Shown in pieces: positions 40,746-52,200 of a stretch of 64,000 bases of DNA. Made by a program: the position numbers and the translations under genes. Positions within the stretch are counted from its first letter, which is position 1. Each line of letters starts with the position of its first letter. The stretch is from Perna viridis (Eukaryota): assembly GCA_037379345.1 (NCBI GenBank), contig CM074514.1:13392001-13456000 (forward strand). The letters are read 5' to 3'. The notes below the pieces were generated by a model. The model was not told where the DNA came from, searched no databases, and was given only the letters and a program-made list of their open reading frames with translations.

Positions 40746-41068
40746 ACGTCTCAGAATGTGACGATTCTATTTGCTACACTGCTCCATCGGGTCAAATTGA
40801 TACAGGAAAGATATATAAACGTATAGAAGGGTCTGAAAAATTCCCAACGATGTTAGAACTGTCAAATTTGCGATGCAAATTTTTTTCTATGGCAACACCG
40901 CCTGCACAAAGTCCAGCGCCCTAGACCACTCGGCCAGCTAGGCTACATAAAATATAGCTTTCGCTGGCCGGGTCATTCCTCCTCGTAGGATTAATCTAGG
41001 CCTGTAACTTAGTACACGATGTATGGTGTTGACAGTTCTAACATCGTTGGGAATTTTTCAGATCTTTC
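40744..41068. mobile_element. (TA)n-embedded modular element copy 1, with 40-bp TIRs and an internal tRNA-like A box
   Basis: Inverted repeat 40826-40865 / 41029-41068; shares modules with 46338-46592. Confidence 0.75.
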
Positions 41069-42139
41069 TATATATATATGTATGCATTTGTGATCAATTT
41101 CCTTTGTATATACACTAATGAATAAGTCATAATTTGAGGATTTTTCACAGCTGTACAAGTGATATTGTATTTATATTGGATTGAAAAATCAATGATCTCA
41201 AAGCAAGTATATATATATATATTTCAGAAGCAATCTAGTGTTGAAATATTTTCCTACTGCTTGTTCGAGTTTTTAAAAATGAACAAAGAAGTATACTACC
41301 ATTCCTGTAAAACCCATGGTAACCAGATGCTTATATACACATTAATGATTTGGGAGAGGTTTCTGGTACAGCTATACAATGTATTTAATTCATTACTCAA
41401 ACAGGAGCCATTGATATAAACAGTGCTTACAGAACAGTACATTTTAATTGTTTTACATTAATATGTTCGCAGGAAACTTTAATGAAAACGTTTTTAATAT
41501 CAATAAATACATATAGTTAGTAGATGAAAGGTTTCAAAATTTTTGGTGGTACTGTAGGCAAATAGACGTCGTGAATATGCTTGAAAGGAAATAAATGCAT
41601 AATGTTTCATACTCCTAATACATATGTAGTGTTAGCATGAACATCAAGTGCGTTGTAGAGGGACTCTAATCATCGTTATTTTGAAAAAAGGGCCGATGTC
41701 GTTAAACTGACTTGTACTATCACTTTTCTTGTCAAATTTCTTGACAAAGTCAATACAACAACGGAAAAAATCTACACTCAATTTCTACGTGTCCTCACAG
41801 AGTTGAAATAGATATTTCCCTGAAAGAATTCCAGAATACGGGTACTTTTGTCGCCATGTCCCTAACTAATTTGTCTCCACGTCCCGGGCTAATTTATCTC
41901 CATGTCCCTGACTAATATTCTTTCTTAAGTTTCTGTATATGTAGTTGTTTTTTATTTGTTCTGTTTTTGTTTTATGTTTATGCCTGTTTATGTTTTTGCT
42001 GTTGTTTAAATTCCTTTCTTTCAGTTTGTCCAAGTATGTCTTCATTAACCGTAATTTTTACCGATTTGGATATATCTGTCGATGATTTTGTATTTGATTA
42101 AAACATTTTTAAATTGGTGAATGACCTTTAAAATATGAT

Positions 42140-45100
42140 AACATATGAGAAAAATGGCAGATGTCAGTCGGAGAACACTAAGTAACTATTCGCTTAAACG
42201 ATTTTTAGTAATTATCTCAACATTAGGCACGGCATTAGCAGAAGAATCCAATAAGAAATTCAGGAGTGATTTTGATATCATTCTCTATCTAAATATGTAA
42301 AAAAACAACACCAAAATACAACCAGGTTTCATTTAATGGGACTTAGGATGAACAAATGACCGAAGCAATAATGCAACAATTAATACGCTAGAGGTGGGTC
42401 CAGAAAATTTGAAAATGGAGTACCAGAGAGGTTCTAAGAAAAAGGGGGTTCCAGTCTATTAAAATTTGGCTTGAAACGAATCACTTTTTTTTCAACCAAA
42501 GAGACCCCAATGGTTCCGACGCTGTATTTCTTGCACACGAACTTTTTTCGTTACATTAAACTGGATGTCTGATGAATGATGATAAAGATGATGAAGTAAT
42601 TTAGGCGTTTTTTTTGTTTGTGATTTTTTATTTTGTTTTATTTAGTTTCTTGTTTTATGGATGTGTGTTTTATTGTTGTTTTTTTTATTTGTTGTTACAT
42701 ATTTAATCGTTTTATGAAAAAGAGATTTCAATGTTTTTTTTACCAAACGTCATGATACAAGGTTAGGTTTGCGTTAGGTTTTACGGTTTCCACGCCGGTG
42801 TTCGGAAATTTACGATAATTTCATGAGAAAAAGCGTATAGCGTAAGCAAATTACTCTGATATGAATGACCGTTCAGTTGATCTATTTAGCCATATGAGGA
42901 TTCGGTTCTAAACATTACCAACCTTTAAGTGGTTGTTGGTACATGTATGCAGATGTAAAAGCGTACCGTTTGCTCCATCATTCGTAGAATCAAATATAAA
43001 TAAGCGATTTTTTTTGTCTGATTGATTGCCTTTCACCGGAAAACAGTGTGTCAGAAAAAACCCCAATTGCATATGGGACATTCCTTTTCACTCACATGAC
43101 CTTTCTCTGATACGGACGCTTAACTTACTGAGTGTCTGTATTTATGGAATTTTCATATCACAACTCATACGTTATGCCAGAGCTTACAGTAACTATGTAG
43201 AATTTTTGTATCGCACTAGACTTCTTACAAATAGGCTTCTGGAACAGGGTTATGTTGGTACAAGGTAGAAGTCATCACTACAGAAGTTTTATGGTCATCA
43301 TGAACTCGTTAGCCATTATAATGTATCCATCTGCGCGATGAAAACTGATTTGTTTTTCTTCGTGTCATAGTCTTCCTTTCCTCTTTCCTCTACCCCGGAC
43401 TTGACTTTTTATGAGCAGTTGGGAGGGTGTTTCTAGAAAAGAAGAGGGCGCTTACCCTACCGGTGCACCTGGTCCATGCTCCCAGTTTTTAGTGAAGTCC
43501 GAGTTGCCCATTTACTTTTGTTACTTTATCTCTATACAGATTTGTTGCTATCATTTTGGATATTGGTTTCCACAGACTCTTTAAACCAGTTTTTGTCAAA
43601 AGACAAGATGAAGAAAAATGATCATTTTTCCACTACCTTTGTCAACAAAGGTATAGATACAATTAATTTGACTAACATCCTCCATCACAAAAAGGTACCC
43701 AGCAAAAATCCCCCATATTTCCAGAACAAATTAATACCAATTATTTCATATTCCTATACTTGATCCATTGCATCAAAAATTTTCAATTATAAAAGGCTAT
43801 TGCTGAACCTCAAGATTGAGGACTTCAAAGCTAAACCACCTGACTGTCCTTGCAAAAACTCTACATTTAAATATGGTCCTTCCGGTCACGTCGTTACGGG
43901 AGATTTAACAGTCATTGAAAACGAATCTCTGCGTAATATCCTTTCTAAAGGTCCCAAGTACCGCGAACCACGCTCCATAAATTGAAATTATAACTTTAAA
44001 GTTCTTATGGATGCGGTGGAGGACTACACAAGAAAATGGATCAAACGAGGACAAGAAGACATTGATTCTCAAATGTAGCAAAAACATTGTCTACTATATA
44101 TGACAGATATGTTGTCGATCCAGCAGACAAAGCCCAAAACAACATTGTTTTTGTCTGCAAAACATATTACGTCCAGTTTATTATCAGAGGTAGACTTAGA
44201 AAATAATAGCAGTGATAAGACCTACTTCGCATCTACCCAAAAGAACCTGAGATAAAGGATATTATAGACACTGTAAAGTCAGCCTCGTATGTTGACCTAC
44301 ACTTAGAGATCGATGCTAATCGAAAACTACTAACCAAACTTTACGACAAACGTGATGACTTTTCATTCAGTATTGTCCTTTCCTTTCATCTGTGGCAACA
44401 TGCCTTCAGCACATACTTATGGAGTTTTCATATCACAACTCACACGTTATACCAGAGCTTGCCGTAACTACGCAGACTTCTTTCAGTTAGGCTTCTGGAA
44501 CAGGCCTATGTTGCTACAAAATTGAAGTCGCCAGTACAGAAGTTTTATAGTCGCCATCATGAACTCGTGGATCGTTACGATGTATCCATCTGCACCATGA
44601 AAACTGATTTGTTCATTGTGTCATAGTTTTCCTTTCCTCTTTCCTCTACCACTTACTTGACTTTTTATGAGCAGCTCGGAGGGTGTTTCTAGAAAAGCAG
44701 AGGACGCTTACCCTACCGGTGCACCTGGTCCATGCTCCCAGTTTTTAGTGGAGTCCGGGTTTGCTCAATTGCTTTTGTTACTTTGTATGTATTATTTTAG
44801 TTACTTAATGTTCTTTGTTGTGTATGCCTGTTTTCCATGTTTGGTCTTTGTCCCTTGGTTGCTTTCTTTTGATTACCGCTAGAACCTTGGTTCCCTTGAT
44901 TACTCTTGTAAGCATTATTTTGGTTATTATATGTTCTTTGTTGTGTATGTCTGTTTTCCATGTCTGGTTTTTGTCCCTGGATTACATCTTATTGATTACT
45001 TTTCCTTAGTTTCTGTATTTTTTGTTCTTGCTTTGTTTTTTTTTATTTTGTTTTTCTTTTGTTTTGTTTAGTTTCAGCCTTCATTGCCAGTGAGTTTCAC

Positions 45101-45835
45101 CAATGACATTCGAGATTTGATTATCTCTTTTGCTATGACTATTTTTGATTCGACTTAAAGAATTTCAATTTTGTATATCGCCCTCTAAACAAGACCGCAA
45201 ATGAAAAAAATAGCAGATGTAAAACAGAGAACATTTTTTTTATTATACTCTCTAAATTGATTTATTGTAACTTATCTCAACATTAGGCTCGACATTGATA
45301 CTTCGAATCGAAATAAAATAAGGAGGGATTTCGATTTCATTCTTTATTCATATGTGAAAAACAACACAAAAATACACTTTTAATGAACACACGACCGATA
45401 CAATAATGTAAAAATACAACTCAATTCAAAAATTGGGTCCAGAAATTGTTAAAATAGGGTATCAGAGAGGTCTCAGTTTATCATTTACTCTTTTAGCCTG
45501 AATTTGTTATGACATTAATCATTTTTTTTTTGACAAAAAATTACCTCACTCAATCCGACACTGTATTCTTGCACCCGACCTGTTTTCGTTTCATTGCCGA
45601 ATGACTGAAGTTCTAGATGATTAAGTATATTATGCTTATTTGTTTTTTTTTCCGTCAGGTATTGTTTTTTATTGTATGAGTCTGTGTTTGTTGTTTTATT
45701 TGTGTTTTGTTTTTGTTTTGTTTTGTTTTGTTTTATTTTGTTTTGTTTTGTTTTGTTTTTTTTTTTTTTTTTTTTTTTGGGGGGGGGTGATTTATTTAGT
45801 TGTTTTCAATTGATTTATTGTCATGATACAAGGAC
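42140..45835 (+). repeat. Old direct duplication of ~630 bp (42140-42765 vs 45200-45835) flanking the Penelope insertion
   Basis: Collinear shared anchors gcagatgt, ttatctcaacattaggc, aaaaacaacac.aaaataca, gggtccagaaa, cagagagg, tcttgcac, gtcatgatacaagg. Confidence 0.75.
43135..45003 (+). mobile_element. Penelope-like retroelement (Naiad-type), partial tandem (pseudo-LTR) structure, RT core deleted
   Basis: FVNKGID.INL, C.C...GHVVTGDL, KGPKYREP, ADKA.NN, LYDKRDDF, YGVFISQL.RY.RAC, KFY.RHHELV. The 3' segment is present twice (43135-43530 and 44415-44790). Confidence 0.85.
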
Positions 45836-46276
45836 GTAATCTAATATGACATAACAAATATTTTCAAAATTTGTCAGTGTCTAACTCCTAAAACAGTTTT
45901 ACAATTTCAACGACCGATTCATGGCTTTTCTAGCAGTTTTTTTATTAATTTTGTTTTTACTTCAGTTTTTAGTTTGAGTAGAGCTTTTCATCTGTGTGGG
46001 TGTGCGAGATGTCTTAAATGTTTCAATTATGTGTAATTTATCTGTTATACACCTGTGTGTGTGTTTATATTATTATTATTATTTAGTTACACCCTTTTTG
46101 TTGCTCCTGTCACCTGTCAATTGTTTATTAACTTATGACTATTTGATTATAAACTGATCACGTTCTTTTATTTTCTTGTTTAAAAATGTTTAAACTTTAA
46201 TATGTGTTTTTTTGAAAATTATACTTAGAAATAAAATTATTTTTTAGTGACATATAGGTATATAAAAAGTTCGAGA

Positions 46277-46280
<4 letters not shown>

Positions 46281-46337
<57 letters not shown>
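46281..46337. repeat. (TA)n microsatellite (others at ~17653-17687, 40709-40743, 61048-61081)
   Basis: Seen directly. Confidence 0.95.
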
Positions 46338-46339
<2 letters not shown>

Positions 46340-46592
46340 AAAGGTCTGAAAAATTCCAAACGATGTTAGAACTGTCAAAATTGCGATGCAAATTTTTGGT
46401 CGTTCCCTCCGCGGGACTCGAACTCGTACCACTGTGACATCTATGGCAACACAAAGTCCAGCGCCCTAGAGCACTCGGCCAGCTAGGCTATATATGAGGG
46501 AACGACCAAACGTTTACATATCTTCCCTGTATCAATTTGATCCGATGGAGCAGTGTAGTGAATAGAGTCGTCACATTCTGGGACGTTTGTGT
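46338..46592. mobile_element. (TA)n-embedded modular element copy 2, with a full tRNA-like head on the minus strand
   Basis: Minus strand TGGCCGAGTGCTCTAGGGCGCTGGAC ... GTTCGAGTCCC; flanked by (TA)n. Confidence 0.75.
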
Positions 46593-49041
46593 ATATATAT
46601 ATCTCGGAGAAAATCATTAATTTTTTTAATAAGCAACGGTTAAATTTATAGTTTCACTATACAATTGTCAGGTTGTCGGTGTTTTTCAGGAATACTGAGA
46701 TATACATTTTATTTCTTTTGAAATCTTCCAAATAACTTTTGGCCCTGCATTGTTTATAATCGCACGATATATTGCTTTGTGACATCAAATTCAAGATCAA
46801 ATTCAAAATTGATGAATGATGATCTCTGTATTTACTATGGTGCATTTGATGCGTTTCACCATATCTGTTCGTTGACTCTCAGGAATTTCTCAGATCGTAA
46901 ATCAACATTTTATTGGCTGATATAAACTTTAGAATATATATTATTTATCAGTAATAACTATGTGGAATATTCATAATAAGAAACCTTATTCTACCATCAA
47001 TGACTTTTATTAGATAACTAATTTCTCTTGACCATGAAAATAAGTAACTAGTAAATATGATGTAAGGAGATAGGGTGTGTCAATCAAGCTATTCTCGCAC
47101 TAATTCTTGAAAACAAAGATGTAAAATATCAGAATAGTGAAGACATTTCTGTTTAAGTTTCAGAAATAGTATAATATAGAACGAAACTGTTTACACATCA
47201 TGTTGAAGATTTATCAGTGTATGTTAACACACCCATTTTATTATATAAAAAGACATAACCTATTGAATCAGTGTTCAAAGTAGATATGACAATACTTAAT
47301 ACTAGATTTCTATTTCTAAAGGCTTTTTGGACGGATTCATGAACAGCATAAACACAAAAAAAAACAGATAACAGGAAAGACAGTTACAACATCAACAGAA
47401 CAATAAACAATATTATTTTGTAAAAAAAACCAAAACAATCCAAGTTATCAAATTTTGATTAATTACATTTCAAAGTTCAAAATTTAATATACTGAATATG
47501 TGCCAAATAAGTAGCACTATCCTACCATATTTTCTCTTGCTCAGTGCGCAATCCATCACAAGCCAAACTGAACATACGTGTAAAAACTTATACAAACTAA
47601 TAAATGTTAACTACTATCCTTAAATAGTTAAACACCGTAATACCAACATCTTTCAACGCTGAAAAACGTAACAAGAATGAAAACGGGAGAAGCACTATCC
47701 ATGTATAATATCTACAAAAAACAAGTCAGTCATACATCTGAACAATAACAAAGATATACTATACACAAGAAACCAGTATCAAAATAGTTTTGTTAACACT
47801 GATACGTATGAAAAACTTATAAAATAACAAACTGAATAAATTGTCCGCTTTTAGGGGAAAATTGAGTATCTTTGATTTTCGTTACAATATGATAAAAATA
47901 GAGGTAAAAAACTTCATATACATGTACATATAAATATTAAAAGTTTCTCACAAAATTCATTTATGTAAAAGTGCTTTAACAAAAACACGAGTGAATTTCT
48001 GAATGTACAGAATAATGATCGTGATGCTCTTTTCAGTGACGAAAAATATTAATAACATATTGTAGAAAAAAAACCGTAATAAATTTCGTACGGATAAAAA
48101 CTTTTCTGCTTTGCATACTGCCTCAACTTTTCTCCGGAATAACAAACCGTTTATGCACGCTGTTAAATCAGTGAAAATGATTTTATTTTATTTTTTTTAA
48201 CTTTGTCAATTACTTTTTTATTTATTTGTATATTCTCTTTTTACAGGGCAGTGAATAATTAAGGTATGCGAACAAAGAATAAAATATATATTAAAGAAAT
48301 GGAAATTAAAACTGAAAATATGATACCACAGCCAGCGTGTAAAACAATAAAATATATATATAAAACAGGAAATCAACATTTTAATAAATTAGGAGGAATG
48401 TTAAAATGGTTCCATAAATATCATGTCAGATTATCACAGACAAAAAATGATTCAAAACAACACAAAGTATAAAAAATTAGAATAATTAACCCGATTTACA
48501 AGAGGAAACGCAAATGGTTTGTTCAAGTACATAAAATGATTTACCAGATCTGGTCAACTTTGAAGGGTATTTTTCATGTAATGATGTAATTGAGTAAATC
48601 TGATATTTAATTCATAACTGGTGCCTGTACAATATAATGGTGATCAGATTCAAAATGCATAATGCTATTCACTTCGAAATTCGAATTAATATTTAATTAA
48701 TTCAGCTAAATATTTTTCAACTCAAAATATATGAAAGCCATGACACTACATGCTCATTTCCACATTACCCATACAGTATATCTTAAATGAGGTGAGGTGT
48801 AACGTGTGAGATGTTATCCTTTACATCACTAATATTCTAATACAAAAAAACCAACTTAATCTCTAAAAAGAATAGGTATCCCATTTGACATATATATATG
48901 TACTTTGAAAATACATAACATCAAAACTAATACTCATTGGTCTAGCAATTGATCTAAGTTTTTTTCAGGTTTTAATATGTCTAGTGAGTTAACGGATATA
49001 ACGAATGTGCCATTATCTCTATCCTTTTTCGACCTTTTTTT

Positions 49042-49281
49042 CTAAAACCCAGGGATATGCTCATAACTTTGGAGAGATGATATTAACACATATAAAAACC
49101 AGAGGAAAATCATAAATAAACCACTGATCAGCTTTGGTACGTGTGGCCCGCCAAGCTCTGCCTTCCCGAAAATCGATACGTTTCTTCTGACTACTAACAA
49201 GGCCAGTGTTACTATGGAACAAATTGTATAGACAACTACACTAAATGCCAAACTGCCCGCAGGAACTTCGAAAGTTTTGCC
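49042..49281 (-). CDS. SLC8A: Gene A terminal coding exon
   Basis: FEVPAGSLAFSV...RR...ELGGP...LWFLYVLISSLQSYEHIPGF*, a typical NCX C-terminus. Confidence 0.95.
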   Translation of the reverse strand, partial: GKTFEVPAGSLAFSVVVYTICSIVTLALLVVRRNVSIFGKAELGGPHVPKLISGLFMIFLWFLYVLISSLQSYEHIPGF

Positions 49282-52200
49282 CTGAAAAAAAAATGTATTT
49301 GAATAGAACAAGATCAGAAAACAAAGCGGAACAAATCATTCAACAAAACATTAATACATGAATCAGAATTTTAACATTACTTTCTTTTTCAAAACTACCT
49401 GTCATACTATAATTACCAATCAATCTTTGTAATCAATTGATCAAGTACTAATACTAATTGATAAGGGGACTCCCTTTTGATTACATTAGAGCTAAGATAA
49501 AAAATTGTAATGATTACAGAAATTTCTCTCGAAATCCTATCAAATAACGCGAAAATCATTTCAAACCATAAAACGATAACGAGGTCCTTGTCTTTATTTA
49601 AAATATCGAACTGAATCTGCCCCTCCCCCTTATAAAATTAAATGGTTGTTTCTATGTTAACTTTAAGATTTGATCTACGTTAAATCACCCTTTGATCATA
49701 TTAATTAAAAGCAATGTATGCCTTTATAATTCTAATAACGATGCTAAGGAGTAACCACATTTATGATCATTTAATTTTTATCGAAAATTGTACAAGCATA
49801 CCTGAGCTGACCAGTATATAGCTGCTATGGACCAAGACACACCAAGACCCATGAAAACATTGACAGCATTACTGCCAGTGACATTGCCGACGGCATTATC
49901 AGCATGTCGTTCTATTGTCGCCGCAGTTCTACTAGCGAACAAATCTGGCAAACTTGTTCCTAAGGCAACAAATGTGATAGCCACTACGTCAGGTTTCAAT
50001 CCAATTAAACATCCAAAGATTGATGCTAAATCACCTATTATGGCAGTAAGTAATCCGATAACAACCAACGCAAAAACAAATGTGAGCCAACCACCTAGAA
50101 TACTGGCTGGTGGAACAAGAGCAAAAATGACCTGAAATTTAATAAAATATAACTTCAATGGTAATTGTACTATCGTTTACTAAATAAAGTAATACAAAAG
50201 TTAAAAATGAAACAAATGGCGTGTCTTTTTAATAGTCCGCATATAAAACAAATAAACTATCAAATTTTCATGACAAGCAAGTGAAATAATACAGTTCTCC
50301 ATAGTTCGTTGACTTTTAAATAACTTTCGAAAAGTTCATTCAAAGATAAATGTATATGACAAAGGTGTTCAAGATGAGATAATTTACGGACAAAAAATTA
50401 AATATTTGTTACACTGCTATAGACAAATAGTTCACAAATGTTTTATGCAAGCCAGTTCAATATTTGTATTCAAAGAACTTTCCAATTCAGTGATTGTATT
50501 GTCTTGAATTATAGAAATATTAATAAGGTAAAACAAGTAATCATCTTTAAAAAACATTAATATCATACATTACCTTCCAACCGAATGTGAAAAAATGCAA
50601 GAGATAGTCTAATAATGTTGCATTCTCTATATCACCTCCATTGACATTCATGGCATCTTGGAATTGTTTTCCCCATGTTGTGTACGACATACGCAAAGAA
50701 TCCAAGTTGGCATTAGTCAAATCGGTAACTCTTGCAACAAATCCTTTAAACTCTGTTAAAATCATGAAAATACGAATTGATACTTTTTTTCCACATTGAT
50801 AAATGAAAGAAATTTTCCACTTCTGTCTAAATTTGTCAAGTTGCCCTGTATTTCCGGTTTTGTGGTATTATCAAACTTCGAAAAATCGTTTTATTTGACA
50901 TCACAGCAACGTGTCTGTCCATGCTTTATATACTTTGTATTTTAGTACGAGAATTGAATATTTTAGTATTTTTAGATTTTTGGATTCCGTCTTTCCACAA
51001 AATTAAGTCTTCAATAGATACATAACATATAAAGAAACTGCTTTGAAATCGAACTACTTTGACTTACCATCGTCGTTAACAATAGTCACAACACATCTTG
51101 TTTTCCTTTTGTCAAGTTCACAATTTCCTTCAACACCAGTCAGTCTTACTTCAAAATTTTCATCTTTTTCAAATTCCTAAAATTTGATGGAAAGTTCTAG
51201 TTGTCAAACAAATAACCATAGAAAAAATATGACATGCGGAATTTTGTTGTTTTCTAAATGTGTTGCATTAAATGGGTTACACAGCTCGTCCAACTCTCTT
51301 ATCCAGCAATCTTTTGAGAAAACTGTGTATATCAATTGTCATGAATGTTCCCTGTGTATGTATGTTTCTTTAGAGAAATTAATAAGTGCCTGAAGTTTAT
51401 TTTTCATATTTTCAAGAGTTTAAACGTTTTTTCGGTAGATGTCTCAAATTTTCTCAACATATATTGTTACAGAGTATTTCGAAACCCAAATCAACTGCAA
51501 AAGTGAACAGCTTTAAGAAAAAAATCAAATGTTTCCATTATTTCTTAATAAATGAATTCCAATTTATGTTGTAGTAGGTCAGGTCAATTGTTTCAGTTAA
51601 TTTATATCATATTTTATTATACATATTTTACATTTAGCGAAACCAGCATATTGTAGTTAATTTATGGTGTAGACTTATGTATAAACCTATGCATAAAGTA
51701 AAGTACCTATTTTGTACAGAAAATATGCTATAAGCAGAAAGGGCATTATGGGAAATAAACATTACGCTTACCATATCGTCTTTAATGCAGATTTCAATCA
51801 TCTTGGAAACTTCCCCTTTCTCAAACACCACTTCCTGTTTATCATCAATGCTATAGTCTCGTCCCTTAACTGCTATTAAGTCCTTGGTATCATATTTAAC
51901 TACGACTTTAGTTTTACATCCTCCCTCGCGTTCAATAGGTATCAATGCTGTTCCAACACTTTCTTTGTATACAAATGCCGGTTTCGGGAAACGAACAACA
52001 TCTTTCACTGTAAAACACATTCAATAGATAAAAAGTATTTGTTACATTAATAGGAAGTTTAAAGAAATTAAGAGAACCAAGATTCTAGCGGAAATCAAAA
52101 GAATGTAATCCAGGGACAAAGACTGGATATGGAAAACAGACATACACAACAACGAACATAAAATAATCAAAATAATACATACAAAGTAACAAAAGTAAAT

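Noticed and set aside
43755-43990. In-frame TGA codons in the Naiad-type element as selenocysteine (some Naiads are reported to encode selenoproteins)
   Set aside because: The TGAs fall at positions better explained as CGA>TGA and TGG>TGA decay; the CxC codons are ordinary Cys; the copy is otherwise broken; no convincing SECIS seen
46399-46490. Functional tRNA gene
   Set aside because: No acceptor-stem pairing or clear anticodon arm; embedded in a repeat, and the second copy is deleted
46900-49041. Gene A 3' UTR end and poly(A) site
   Set aside because: Several AATAAA candidates on the minus strand (~48185, 48220, 47008, 46908) cannot be told apart without transcripts
49802-50131. K+-dependent exchanger (NCKX/SLC24) assignment
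   Set aside because: Alpha-2 reads GSNAVN rather than the NCKX GSNxFD, and Calx-beta domains are present
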